Source: Eledone cirrhosa
Taxonomy: Eukaryota
NCBI GenBank assembly: GCA_964016885.1
Contig: OZ024743.1
Location: 224,254,001 to 224,318,000, forward strand
Length of the DNA stretch: 64,000 nucleotides
Reading direction: 5' to 3'
In this document: piece after piece, positions 11,844 through 23,800 of the stretch
How positions within the stretch are numbered: the stretch's first letter is position 1
Layout: each line of letters starts with the position of its first letter
Made by a program: the position numbers and the translations under genes
The notes under the pieces: model-generated
Database searches by the model: none
What the model saw: the letters and a program-made list of their open reading frames with translations, nothing else
What the model was told of the DNA's origin: nothing

Positions 11844-14800
11844 ATTATGTTGGTACCACAAAACATCCAGCACATTGTAAAGTGGTTGTAAAAGACATGG
11901 CAAAAAACACCCAGCACACACAGTAAATGTGGTTGGTGTTAGGAAGGGCATCCAGCTGTAGAAACCCAGCCTGAAACAAGTCCTATATGAGCGAGACACA
12001 GTCACCCGAGTCAACTTGCCTCTAAATGGGATAAACCCGTCTAGCCCATGCTAGATAGATGTTAAACGATGATGATGATGATGCAAATTATAGAAGAGTG
12101 ATACCAAGGCCATATTATTTATGACGCTAACCGGTCTGAAACCTAGGGGTGCCACCGGAACTAGCATCTTGTCCATCAATTTTTTCCCTACTGTACTGGG
12201 GTGAATGTTTGAAGTACCCAACATACCCTGAAAGCCTAGGGGTTAGTACAGCTGCGAGTGATACCTTTTCCAAAATTAAATATTACTCTATCACTCTATT
12301 ACATGCTCCAGCCAACAGGCTGGGGCTATGCTGGGACACTGCCATTAAAGAGAATAATATGAATAATATTTTTAAAAATCTAGTTTATTATTTGAAGTAT
12401 GACATGTCAAAGACATTGGCACAAAGCCACATACTTAAGTCAGTGTATAGTTGATTAAATTAACCCCTAGAACTTGACTAGTACTTTATTTTATCAACTG
12501 AAGAAAGGCAAAATTGACTTTTGCACGATTTGAACTCAGAATGTAAAGGGCCATAACTAAGTACTCCAAAGAACTTTGTCTGATGCTCTGTTTTTACTCA
12601 CAAACACATTTGAGAACAAGTGCAAATATTTTGTTGCTCTATGAACCTATATTCAAAAATGTATTCTAAAAACGTTATTTATATATCTTAGCAAAGCATA
12701 AAGTAGAAATATAGGCAATCAAAAATACAGAATAAATAATTGTATATCCTTCTTTACTCAATAAATGGAGCAAATTTATCAATGAGAAACATGCAGTTGG
12801 TGTTATATTTTGACAATGTTTTCATTCTTAGTTTAGTTATTTCCCACTTTGACAATTATATATGAACTTTATTACAAATTTCAATTTTTACTTTTCACAC
12901 TTTGAAATAGAATCTTGCTCCTTCATGATGTATCTAAATACATCTTGCAGTACACCTCATTACATGTGAGTAACATCCTCTCCTTTTCAACATGGACTAG
13001 CTCCTATGGGAAGATAGATGAAGCCCTACAACTGTAGAGGGAGCTGGGTTTGTCAGTTCCTGGTGCAGAGTAGGATAGATTGAAACAGAGAGTTTGGAAC
13101 AACTTATATTTGAGAGACACTTTCAACTCTTTTTGTTAATCAATCTGAACAATTCTCAAGTGCAACTTACTTTCTATGAGTGCCAAATTCTTGGGAGACT
13201 GGATTGATGCTTTGCCCATAGCCAACATCGATGGCTTGCTAAGTTTGGATGAGCTCTGCACTGAGGGTCAGAACCAAAATCTGTGGGTTATTTAAATGTC
13301 ATTGCAACAGACTCCTGATTCCACAACCCTTCATGGATTGTCTTGCCATCTGAACGTAGATAGCTTCACTCATCATACCAAGCTGAATTATGAAGCAGGT
13401 TCTGTCTGGAGTAAATTCTGGAGCCAGCTGTATTGTCCAGGGTTGATGGGAAGAAGTCAGATGGTCCTATCTTTTGCCTCAGGGTAAGACATAGATGTCT
13501 CATTTGGGATGCTAGAGTTAGTGACTGTTTTGCTCCTTTCCACATCCTGGATGCTGTGGCAAAGGTAAAGGTCACTGCATCCATATCCAAATGGAATAAA
13601 ATATTAAAATACTAGGATTTATTGGCAAACTATTTTTTCAGCCTGAGGTGTCCAAGGTATTTGGGGAAGCTGGACTGTTGACAATGAGGTTCTTATCATT
13701 GTAGGCAGCTCACCTTACTGACATATCAGGTGATGCCTTTGAGGGTGCTTGGTTACTCCAGCATCTTAGCTTCATTACCACTTATGATAATATCATGAGT
13801 GCATTGATTTGCTTAAAAAATTATTAGCTGGAAACTCCAGCTACCCTGGTTGTGGTGTGTGTACATCTTCTCATATGTGTTTTCCTCTTTTTTTTTATAC
13901 ATAGATTTTTTTAATATAAACTGTATTTATTTGTATGCATCATATTGAAATAAAATATATACTTTCTTTTAAAAAAATAAGAAGGAAAATTTGCAGCAAT
14001 CAGTTTTGGAAATGACAATAAAATTGACACAAAACACAATCTGATCACAATTAAAAAATGTCCTATATTTTCTGATATTTTGTACACTTGTATATAAATG
14101 AGATTATCTAGTTAATATCATAGGTTGAAAATTATGTATCTGTTCAATATAACACCAACATATTTAGACTAATGAAACAAACACAGACATGTTTTTGTTC
14201 TATGAAATGGATATTTTCAATAATAAATTCAACACCAATTCCCTCAATCTTTTTCTGAAACACATTTAACCCTTTAGCATTTACATTACTCTATATATAC
14301 TATTGTATTTTCACAGTAAAGGTTGGCTTTATCTCACACTAGCATTAAAGCCCGGCGTTGCTCGGGGTCATTAAGTTACCAAAATTACCCATTTTATGGC
14401 AGCACTTTTTTGTCTGCTAGGCACTGGGTGAATGAATTGCAGACCTGGAAGCAGGAGCTGCACCAGCAGTGACAATTGTAGTTTCGCCTAGGGATATTAT
14501 CTCTGTGCAAAAAAGTGTTGAAATTTATTGTTTCACAGTACTTGTGCAACACGCGCGTAGACGATGCCAACCGAACAACAGAGCTGCGATGGAGTTGTTC
14601 TGCATGGTTGTCTGTGTGTTTTCTAAATTTAAGACAGTAGGGAGGGTTGTGATATGAGGGAGAGTTAGCTGTTGTTTCTAGCAGGTTTAGTGACCTCATA
14701 GAGGATATGTGTTTTCTAAATTTAAGACAGTAGGGAGTGGTGTGATATGGGTGAGTTAGCTGCTGTTTCTAGCAGGTTTAGTGACCTCATAGAGGATATA

Positions 14801-17800
14801 TTTTCTAAATTTAAGACAGTAGGGAGGGGTGTGATATGGGGGAGAGTTAGCTGCTGTTTCTAGCAGGTTTAGTGACCTCATAGAAGATATGTTTTCTAAA
14901 TTTAAGACAGTAGGGAGGGGTGTGGTATGGGGGAGAGTTAGCTGCTGTTTCTAGCAGGTTTAGTGACCTAATAGAGGATATTATTGTTTATCATTATCTA
15001 TAAAAGGCAGATTGTTGTTGTTGTTGTGTGTGTGCACATGTTCCATGTTTATACACGTTCGTTGAGAGGTTTTAAAAAAGATTTATCGCTTGTTGTTGAA
15101 TAAATTTTTCTGTTGCTTTTGAATAATTGTCGTTTCGTATGAAATGTAATAATTGAGCAACTAAAAGTTAGTGTGGTTATAAATCACGCACGTTGTTTAA
15201 TTGCTTTAAATGTTTTTTTATCATTTGAAGTGAGTGTGTGTTTGTATGCATTTGGAAATAAATCAGTAAGTTTGAAGTATAAAAGAGAAAGTAGCAAAAT
15301 GTGTGGGTTGTAGATAGAGGCAAGAAGATGATATGAGAGAGTAAAACGGACAGTATCATCATCAAGCTTGGAAAGAGAAAGTAGCAGAAAGTATGAAGTT
15401 GTATAGATTTTGAATGGTAGTGGAAAGAGTTTAGCAGTTTAAATGAGAGAGAAAAATCGTAAAATATTGAGTTTTATCTATTTTTTGCGTAATTGTGGGT
15501 GAAATTGAAAAAATTAGATGTGCCAAGACGCAATCGAAGCTATTTCGAATACTGAATTGTAAATTTCAATTGAAGAAATTCTATATCGTAGATTTCTATA
15601 ACAAAGGAGCATGTCCACACACTGAGCTTTATAGATTACTAGCATTAAAGCCCGGCGTTGCTCGGGGTCATTAAGTTACCAAAGTTAGGTTGCACCACCC
15701 ATTTTATGGCAGCACTTTTTTGTCTGCCAGGCACTGGGTGAATGAATTCCAGACCTGGAAGCAGGAGCTGCACCAGCAGTGACAATTGTAGTTTCGCCTA
15801 GGGATATGTGCAAAAAAGTGTTGAGATTTATTGTTTCACAGTACTTGCGCAACACGCGCGTAGACGATGCCAGCCGAACAACAGAGCTGCGATGGAGTTG
15901 TTCTGCATGGTTGTCTGTGTGTTTTCTAAATTTAAGACAGTAGGGAGGGTTGTGATATGAGGGAGAGTTAGCTGTTGTTTCTAGCAGGTTTAGTGACCTC
16001 ATAGAGGATATGTGTTTTCTAAATTTAAGACAGTAGGGAGTGGTGTGATATGGGGGAGAGTTAGCTCCTGTTTCTAGCAGGTTTAGTAACCTCATAGAGG
16101 ATATGTGTTTTCTAAATTTAAGACAGTAAGGAGTGCTGTGATATGGGGGAGAGTTAGCTGCTGTTTCTAGCAGGTTTAGTGACCTCATAGAAGATATGTT
16201 TTCTAAATTTAAGACAGTAGGGAGGGGTGTGATATGGGGGAGAGTTAGCTGCTGTTTCTAGCAGGTTTAGTGACCTAATAGAGGATATTATTGTTTATCA
16301 TTATCTATAAAAGGCAGATTGTTGTTGTTGTTGAAGTGAGTGTGTGTTTGTATGCGTTTGGAAAAGAGGTTTTAAAAAAGATTTATCGCTTGTTGTTGAA
16401 TAAATGTATCTGTTGCTTTTGAATAATTGTTGTTTCGTATGAAATGTAATAATTCGTATGAAATGTAATAATTGTTTCTACTTTTTTGGCACAAGGCCAG
16501 CAATTACCCAGTACATTACTGGTACTTTATGTAATAATAAATGTTCTCTCTCTCTCTCTTTAAATGTTTTTTTATCATTTGAAGTGAGTGTGTGTTTGTA
16601 TGCGTTTGGAAATAAATCAGTAAGTTTGAAGTATAAAAGAGAAAGTAGCAAAATGTGTGGGTTGTAGATAGAGGCAAGAAGATGATATGAGAGAGTAAAA
16701 CGGACAGTATCACCATCAAGCTTGGAAAGAGAAAGTAGCAGAAAGTATGAAGTTGTATAGATTTTGAATGGTAGTGGAAAGAGTTTAGCAGTTTAAATGT
16801 CAGAGAAAAATCGTAAAATATTGAGTTTTATCTATTTTTTGCGTAATTGTGGGTGAAATTGAAAAAATTAGATGTGCCAAGACACAATCGATGCTATTTC
16901 GAATACTGAATTGTAAATTTCAATTGAAGATATTCTATATCGTAGATTTCTATAAGAAAGGAGCATGACCACACACTGAGCTTCATAGATTATGATGATA
17001 ATGTCAAATCTATGAGATCTTGATGTTATTTATTTTGAGAACAATACTTTAACATTAGTATGAGTAGCCAGTTATGACCAGTTTTAACAGAAAGACGTGA
17101 GAGAATTCAGGCCAGATACGGCCAGTTTAAATGCTAAAGGGTAAAAAAATATATACATGAATTAAAAGATTATCCCAGAATATATAATTATGTAAGTTGT
17201 CCGATATATAATAGGTCTTAAGTTCAAACAATGGATCAAGAGGCACAGTGTGTCCTTGAGCAAGATACTTTATATAATGTTGCTTGCGACCACTGAGTTT
17301 AAAAAAAGGAGTTGCAACAACACTGGTACTAAACTCTATCAGCCTTTGCCTTAGACAATGCTAGTGATGGAGAGAGGAGAGGCTGGCATGCATGGGATAC
17401 TGCTAGTCTTCCACAAAAACACTTTGTCCAGGCTTGCGATTTAGAGAGGTACTTTCAAGGTACAAATGCCTGGTTAGCCATTACCAAAAGGGAGTCCATG
17501 CTTTATAAGTTTACATGTAGAAATGCTGTTCAATAAATATACAATTCCCAAGCTCCCACATCAATTTTATAGTACTCTGCATAAGATAATGTTAATAACA
17601 TTACAGGGATTTTACAGGACTTAAATTTCAAAATGTCAACTGTTATACACATATCTATAAAACAGTTGGTGTTAAAAAAGGCATTCAGCTGTAGATACTA
17701 TGCAAAAATACATTCAACCATGTATTTCCTTTAGATCATAATGACCCCCTCCAGCCCATTCCAACATGGAAAACAAATGTATAAAAAACGTCATCATTGT

Positions 17801-20800
17801 TTTACATGCATTTTCCATGGGTTGAACATGTCATCATGGTTTGAGACTAGACAGTTTAAATAACCATGTCCTTCTCATATATTTCTACATTAACATTATA
17901 TTATTAGTTAAGAGCATGCAAAATACAATCTACATAAAAAGAAATATTTTTTTTTTACATGCTGTTATACTCTAAAACCAATTTTTTGCTATCATTCTTA
18001 TTTTCTCTAAATATGCTCTCTATTTTATCAGTTTCAATCATGTTAGAGGACTACCTTCAGGACTAACAGCAAATGTCAATTCTGAAATTCTAAATTGATA
18101 AATATGAAGCAATGAACTGGATACCAACGACTTCAGTTTGTTTACATTTCTAACCTTGCTCTCAAAAATGAAATGAAATTTACAGCTGGTACCTACAAAG
18201 TTGCATGGGTGCTCTAATGATAGGATCCACAGTCCTATCATGAAAAACAACATGAAATGAAGCGTCTTGGTCAAGAACAGGACAGACTAACTGGTTCAGG
18301 ACCTTATGATACTTAGTGCAACTCCCTAACTACTAAGTTATGACACTTCATTGTCTATGATCTGATGAATATCTTATCTAAAAATATACAAAATTGACTC
18401 TAATCTCAGTCTCATCTCCATCACCCTCATGCAATTTAATATTGGTTAGTGAGTAAGTAATTAGTAAAGGAGTATAAATATGATTCTTCTTAAAATCTAA
18501 CAAGTTACCTTAAGACCTTTATACGGGCCTTTCCCTGATTAGTCAGAGCTAAGCCATCAGGACCTACATGGTAGATTTGTTTCTTAGTTGTTAAACCTGA
18601 AATAATTCCTATAAAAGAAATTTTCAATAAAAGTTTGAACTCAACAAAAAAATAGTTAATAGAAAAGCAAGATTCCACATAATAAAATTTAGAGATGTGA
18701 AAGTGTATTCATGTCTGAAGTTGATTAAATATCCATAATATCGAGCTGGAGTGGCTCTCGAACGTGCCTTCCTCACCATCATCTGGGGAAACGTCTTCTC
18801 TATTCTATCTTCTGGGGCCGCAGGACGGCCAGCACGTGGGCCTCCATTTGCTCACAATAGTGAGAGATGAGGAGAGCAGAAGAGACGGAGGCAGAAACAG
18901 TTTCTTATACAGCTGTAGTTGTTCATAATGCTGTAGTTGAAACTCTACTTCTTTCATATAATGACACATATTGTATTTCAGAAGAAAGCAGTAAATAATC
19001 TCAATTGTCAGTCATGTTTGGTCAAGGAAAATAATTTCAAAACAAATTTAGAAAAACCTTGTACACACTCCGACTTTTTTTTATCAAGTAATATTCAACA
19101 CATTTTCAAAATTTATCATTTTTGTTGGAAATATCTGAAGCATTTATAATTTTCTTGAACAATGTTTAAATTGATAAATCATTATCCAGTAGACCAACAA
19201 GAGTAAATAAATTAAAATTGTAACTGTAAATAATGTATAAAATGATAAGTCAAAAACTGGAGAAAAAAAACTGCACCAGAGAACAACACAATAATAGTAT
19301 ATTGCTTATAAGAAGTTAGGAAAAAAGTCATAACATTTCAGACACTAGTTCTTCATCAAAAAGTAGACAAACAAAAGAAAAAAAAAATAAGGTGGAAGGT
19401 GGGAAGAAAACACATGTAGTTGCTAGTCAGCCATCTTAAGAAACATAAAAATATTGAGATCAAATATTTTTATAATTATTATATTTCAGTTAGTTGAAGC
19501 TAATCTATATTATCAAAGACAAGCTGATCTCTGTCTGTCTGACCATCACAACATATATGTAGGAGAAAAGAAGAGGAGGAAGCAGAAGGCGAGATAACCC
19601 ATGTTAAACATATATATAGAAAGAGAGAAAAGGGGGAGGAGAAAAAGTTGTTGTTCTTGAGAGAATGTGAGTGAAAGAGAGGTGACATCAGAATGAAAGT
19701 GTTGATGACTGACTTTAAGTGCAAGTCTGTCAACACTTGACCTCCTATTACCTTTCACACACACTCTCTCTCTCACTGCATTTCTCCCTCAACAACTTTT
19801 CACTCCTCCCCCATTTATGTGTGAAAAGTTGTTGTTGAAAGAGAAATACAGTGAGAGAGAGAGTGTGTGAAAAATAGATAGTTCAAAGCGCATGATTAAC
19901 AAATATTTTTATCAGCAGCGTAGCAACATGGTTTATCTAGTAGTGTATCATTTGTAATATGTTGTATTCCTTATGTCATCACAGGATTTGATAGTATGGC
20001 TAATATTGCTGTCTACTGAATGACTTTATTTTTTGTGATTTTGCTCTAAGGAACAAATTATCACCAAATTAGCAAGCCTTCAATAATGGTATCATTAATA
20101 CCTGTTTTCAAATCTCCCCACCACCACCACCACATCACCTAATCACCTTAGTACTTAACTCTTTACTATTTACACTATACTTACTATTGCATGTTTGTGT
20201 AAAGGCTTTATCTCACATAATATCAAAGCTATGAGAGTTTAATGTTATTTTGAGAACAATACCTTATCCTTGGTATGACTGGCCAGTTATGGCCGGTTTG
20301 AACAGAAACAGGTGAGAGAATTCTGGCTGAATACAGCTGGTTTAAATGCTAAAGGGTTAAATCTGAAAGATTCTTATATAAATCATACAGATATATATAA
20401 TAAAGATTTTCTTAAAATAGAAACATAAAAACCCCTCAAAATATAAAAATTAAGTATACACTTCCAAGAGAACAATTTAACACCTTTATTATTATTATTT
20501 TAAATCCTTAATGTTCTATTTGCATTGCTGTAGTCTTCCAAAATACTGTTTTCAACATAATTCCATATTAGATTTTAGACTTAGAACTACTATACATACC
20601 TGGATATGTAGCACAGATTATTTCAGGATAGTTAGCGGCACCAACAACTCCACCTTGTACAGATGTAATACTTTCAGTACATGCCTATTTATAAAAGATA
20701 TAAATTAGTTCCAATATATAATACTAAATATTTTCAAACCTATTATCTACCATATATATATTCATGTATAAATCTCAATTTTTTTTATGTCTTAGACCCG

Positions 20801-23800
20801 TGGACATGCTTACAAAATCAGAAAACAGTATAGCTCCCATGACTTTCGGAAACATTTTTTCAGAGTTGCTGAAGCATGGCACAAACTACCTGCATCACTT
20901 GTTAGCTATCAGGACACTGCATCCTTCAAAACATCCATGCTTCCCAAAATTCGCTAACACTACACCTGATATTCCCCCTCCATACACACGTGTGTGTATG
21001 TCTGTGTGTATATCATTACTCATACACTATTCACTTTCCTGACATTTGTGGATTGGCAATATCGGTAGAGGGTCGGACGCCATGCTTTCCAGCATAGTTA
21101 CGTCCCTTTACGATCTGAGTTCAAATCCCGCCGAGGTTGACTTTGCCTTTCATCCTTACGAGGTCGATAAAATAAAGTACCAGTAATGCACTGGGCAATT
21201 GCTGGCCTTGTGCCTAAAGTAGAAACAATTATTCTATGTACTATACATGCACATTTGATGAGTTGTAGTACACCTGAGCACTGTGCACAATCATTTTCAT
21301 TATTATTATTATAAAATACAAGAAAAACCAGTATATAACTCAACTGAACCTATAAAACCTCAATTCAAAAAATATGGTATATTGTAAATGCTGTCTACTT
21401 ATGCTGTAATATGGAGTTGCTACTTATACACAAGTATATACAGTAATAATTATCTAATCTATATTTTATTATACATGTAAGTTTTTTTCTATTGTTTATA
21501 TACATTGGTAGGATAGTTGGTAGGATAGTTGTGTAATTTTGGGAAATTTATAAATGAAGTAACTATTTCACCATTAACTGCAAATTTCAAGCTATCATCA
21601 GTAGCGATGGCATCATCATTTATGTCAGTTCCACATTATCATGTAATGTCAATTCTAACAGGCTGGTATGGTTTGAATGGGTAGTCATAGAGCAAGTCAG
21701 TACTTAATCAGAGCTACTGTTCTCTCCAATGAGCCTAGAGACATGTCTTGCTTACATATGTTCTGATTTTGGCATGGCTTCTACAACTGGGTCCATTTCA
21801 TAGTGGCACCAGCACTAGAAAGGTTGCCTTGTCTCAGGCAAGGTTAAAGAGTCATTTCCATTTTACCTCATCTCATTTCTTTCAATGGAAGTGTGCCTCA
21901 AAGTATGTTTAGAAAAAAAGTGTGATGGCTAAGAGGTCAAAAGAGGAGAGAATCATCACCTCCACCACCACCACCACCACCACCATATCCATCATCATCA
22001 CCATCACATGTTTTCAAAGAATATGAATATGAATAGGGAAGCAGAGTAATAGGATGGGAGGTGGGGGAGAATGACAGAGGCAGCAACATGTTGGATGTTG
22101 GTAGGATGTTGAGTTGAAATCAGCATGAGCAACATGATGGCATAGGGATGTGACATGGTAGGAGAGAAATAGCAACAGAGAAGTGTGGGATCAATTGTTG
22201 ATATTATTATATATAGCAATTGATGTCATCCTCCTGTTTCTCATGAATACTAAAGCAAACATCAATTTCAAAGAGAAGAGACCGAAGCATATTTTTTTCT
22301 CTGAAAGTTCCTTATACTCTGACGAAGGGAATTTAATGTCCCAAAATATCAGGACGAAAGAAACTACAAAAAAAAAACAAAAAAAAAAACAAGATTACCA
22401 GGTAACTAACTTTTTGTTACCTCCATCTTGCTGCCCATTTTGCATTGTTTAGCCTTATTACATATATCACTTTCCACATTATATATTATATACAATGCTT
22501 CAAGAAGACTACATTTTGTTAATATTATTATTTTTATATTATGTTAAAATACTATTAAACATCTGAGAGGAAGAGAAAAGCAAATAGTTACATGTGAATA
22601 TTTTTGAACAGGATTTGTAAATTCATCAAAAACATAAACATCAACAAGTCCATCATCACGCCCAGCAATAATATCTTGTATACCATCACCCACGATATCA
22701 AACATATTTAAGCAGGAGACACCTAAAGAAAAATTGAAATAAATAAATAAATTATCTAAATAGATTTTAGTATTGGAGCTCCAACATAGTTATACACATG
22801 TATGTGTTGTATATTGAGAATATACAGGATGTTTATGAAACACATTTGAAAGTCTTTAACTATGAATTTTTAAGGTTGTAACGAATGTCACACTTCATCT
22901 CAGCAAAATCAAGAAGTAATATACAAAGCAATGTTTCTCACTTGTTTGCAGTTATTAAGACTACATGTCTCTTTACTTCTGCTGAAATTAAAATAAGTTA
23001 GAATCGTATAGATTTTTTTGCGTAGTGGTTAGAGCATTGGGCTTGCAATCGAAAGGTTGTGAGTTCAATTCTCAGACCGGGTGATGTGTTGTTTCCTTGA
23101 GCAAGACACTTTATTTCACATTGCTCCAGTTTACTCAGCTGTAGAAATGAGATGATAGGGACTGGGGTCCCTATCATTCCACTGCAAAGTGGTCGTGGAG
23201 GTGCCATGGCAAAAAAGCACCCAGCATTCACTGTAAATGAGGTTGGTGTTAGGAAGGGCATCCAGCTGTAGAAATCAAGCCAGAATCAGTTCCCGTCCCA
23301 CCCTTGCAAGCAGGGAAAAGCGGACGTAAAATGATGATGATGATGATGATGATGATATGAGCTGATGAAGCTCGTTTGCATAGTGCAGCAGCCGGCTTGG
23401 CTTAAATTAAAACATTAGTATTCTCCAACATAATGTTATAAAGATGTATGTGTTGTATATTATTTCCCCTTGCTTATGCTAAGATTATATGTGTGACATT
23501 GGTTACAACCTTAAAAATTCATAGCAAAAGGCTTTCAAATGTTTTTCATAAATATCCCATATGTTATTCAATATACAACACATACATGTGATGCAACCTC
23601 ATATGAGCCCAGATAAACTTGCATAGGTGTGAGCTTCTATTTGAATATTTGTGTGCCTAGCAGTTGTTCTGCCTCAGACATGTGAAGAATTCAGTTCATC
23701 ATCATCATCGCTTTATGCCCATTTTCCAGACTGGCATGGGTTGGACAGGTTATCATGTCCAGCTCATATGCTCCATTTTGATATGGTTTCTATGGCTGGA

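Noticed and set aside
14619-16290. Regularly repeated units resembling a CRISPR array, and ORF 15685..16188
   Set aside because: Contiguous ~91-bp tandem repeats with no unique spacers and no cas genes, in a eukaryotic Helitron; the ORF arises from the repeat period
23020-23100. tRNA-like sequence (also ~27838, ~60726, ~21054)
   Set aside because: A and B boxes run straight into a SINE body and tail; no complete cloverleaf
23361-23400. CTGATGA hammerhead-like core
   Set aside because: No GAAA or pairing stems follow; adjacent to a (GAT)n tail
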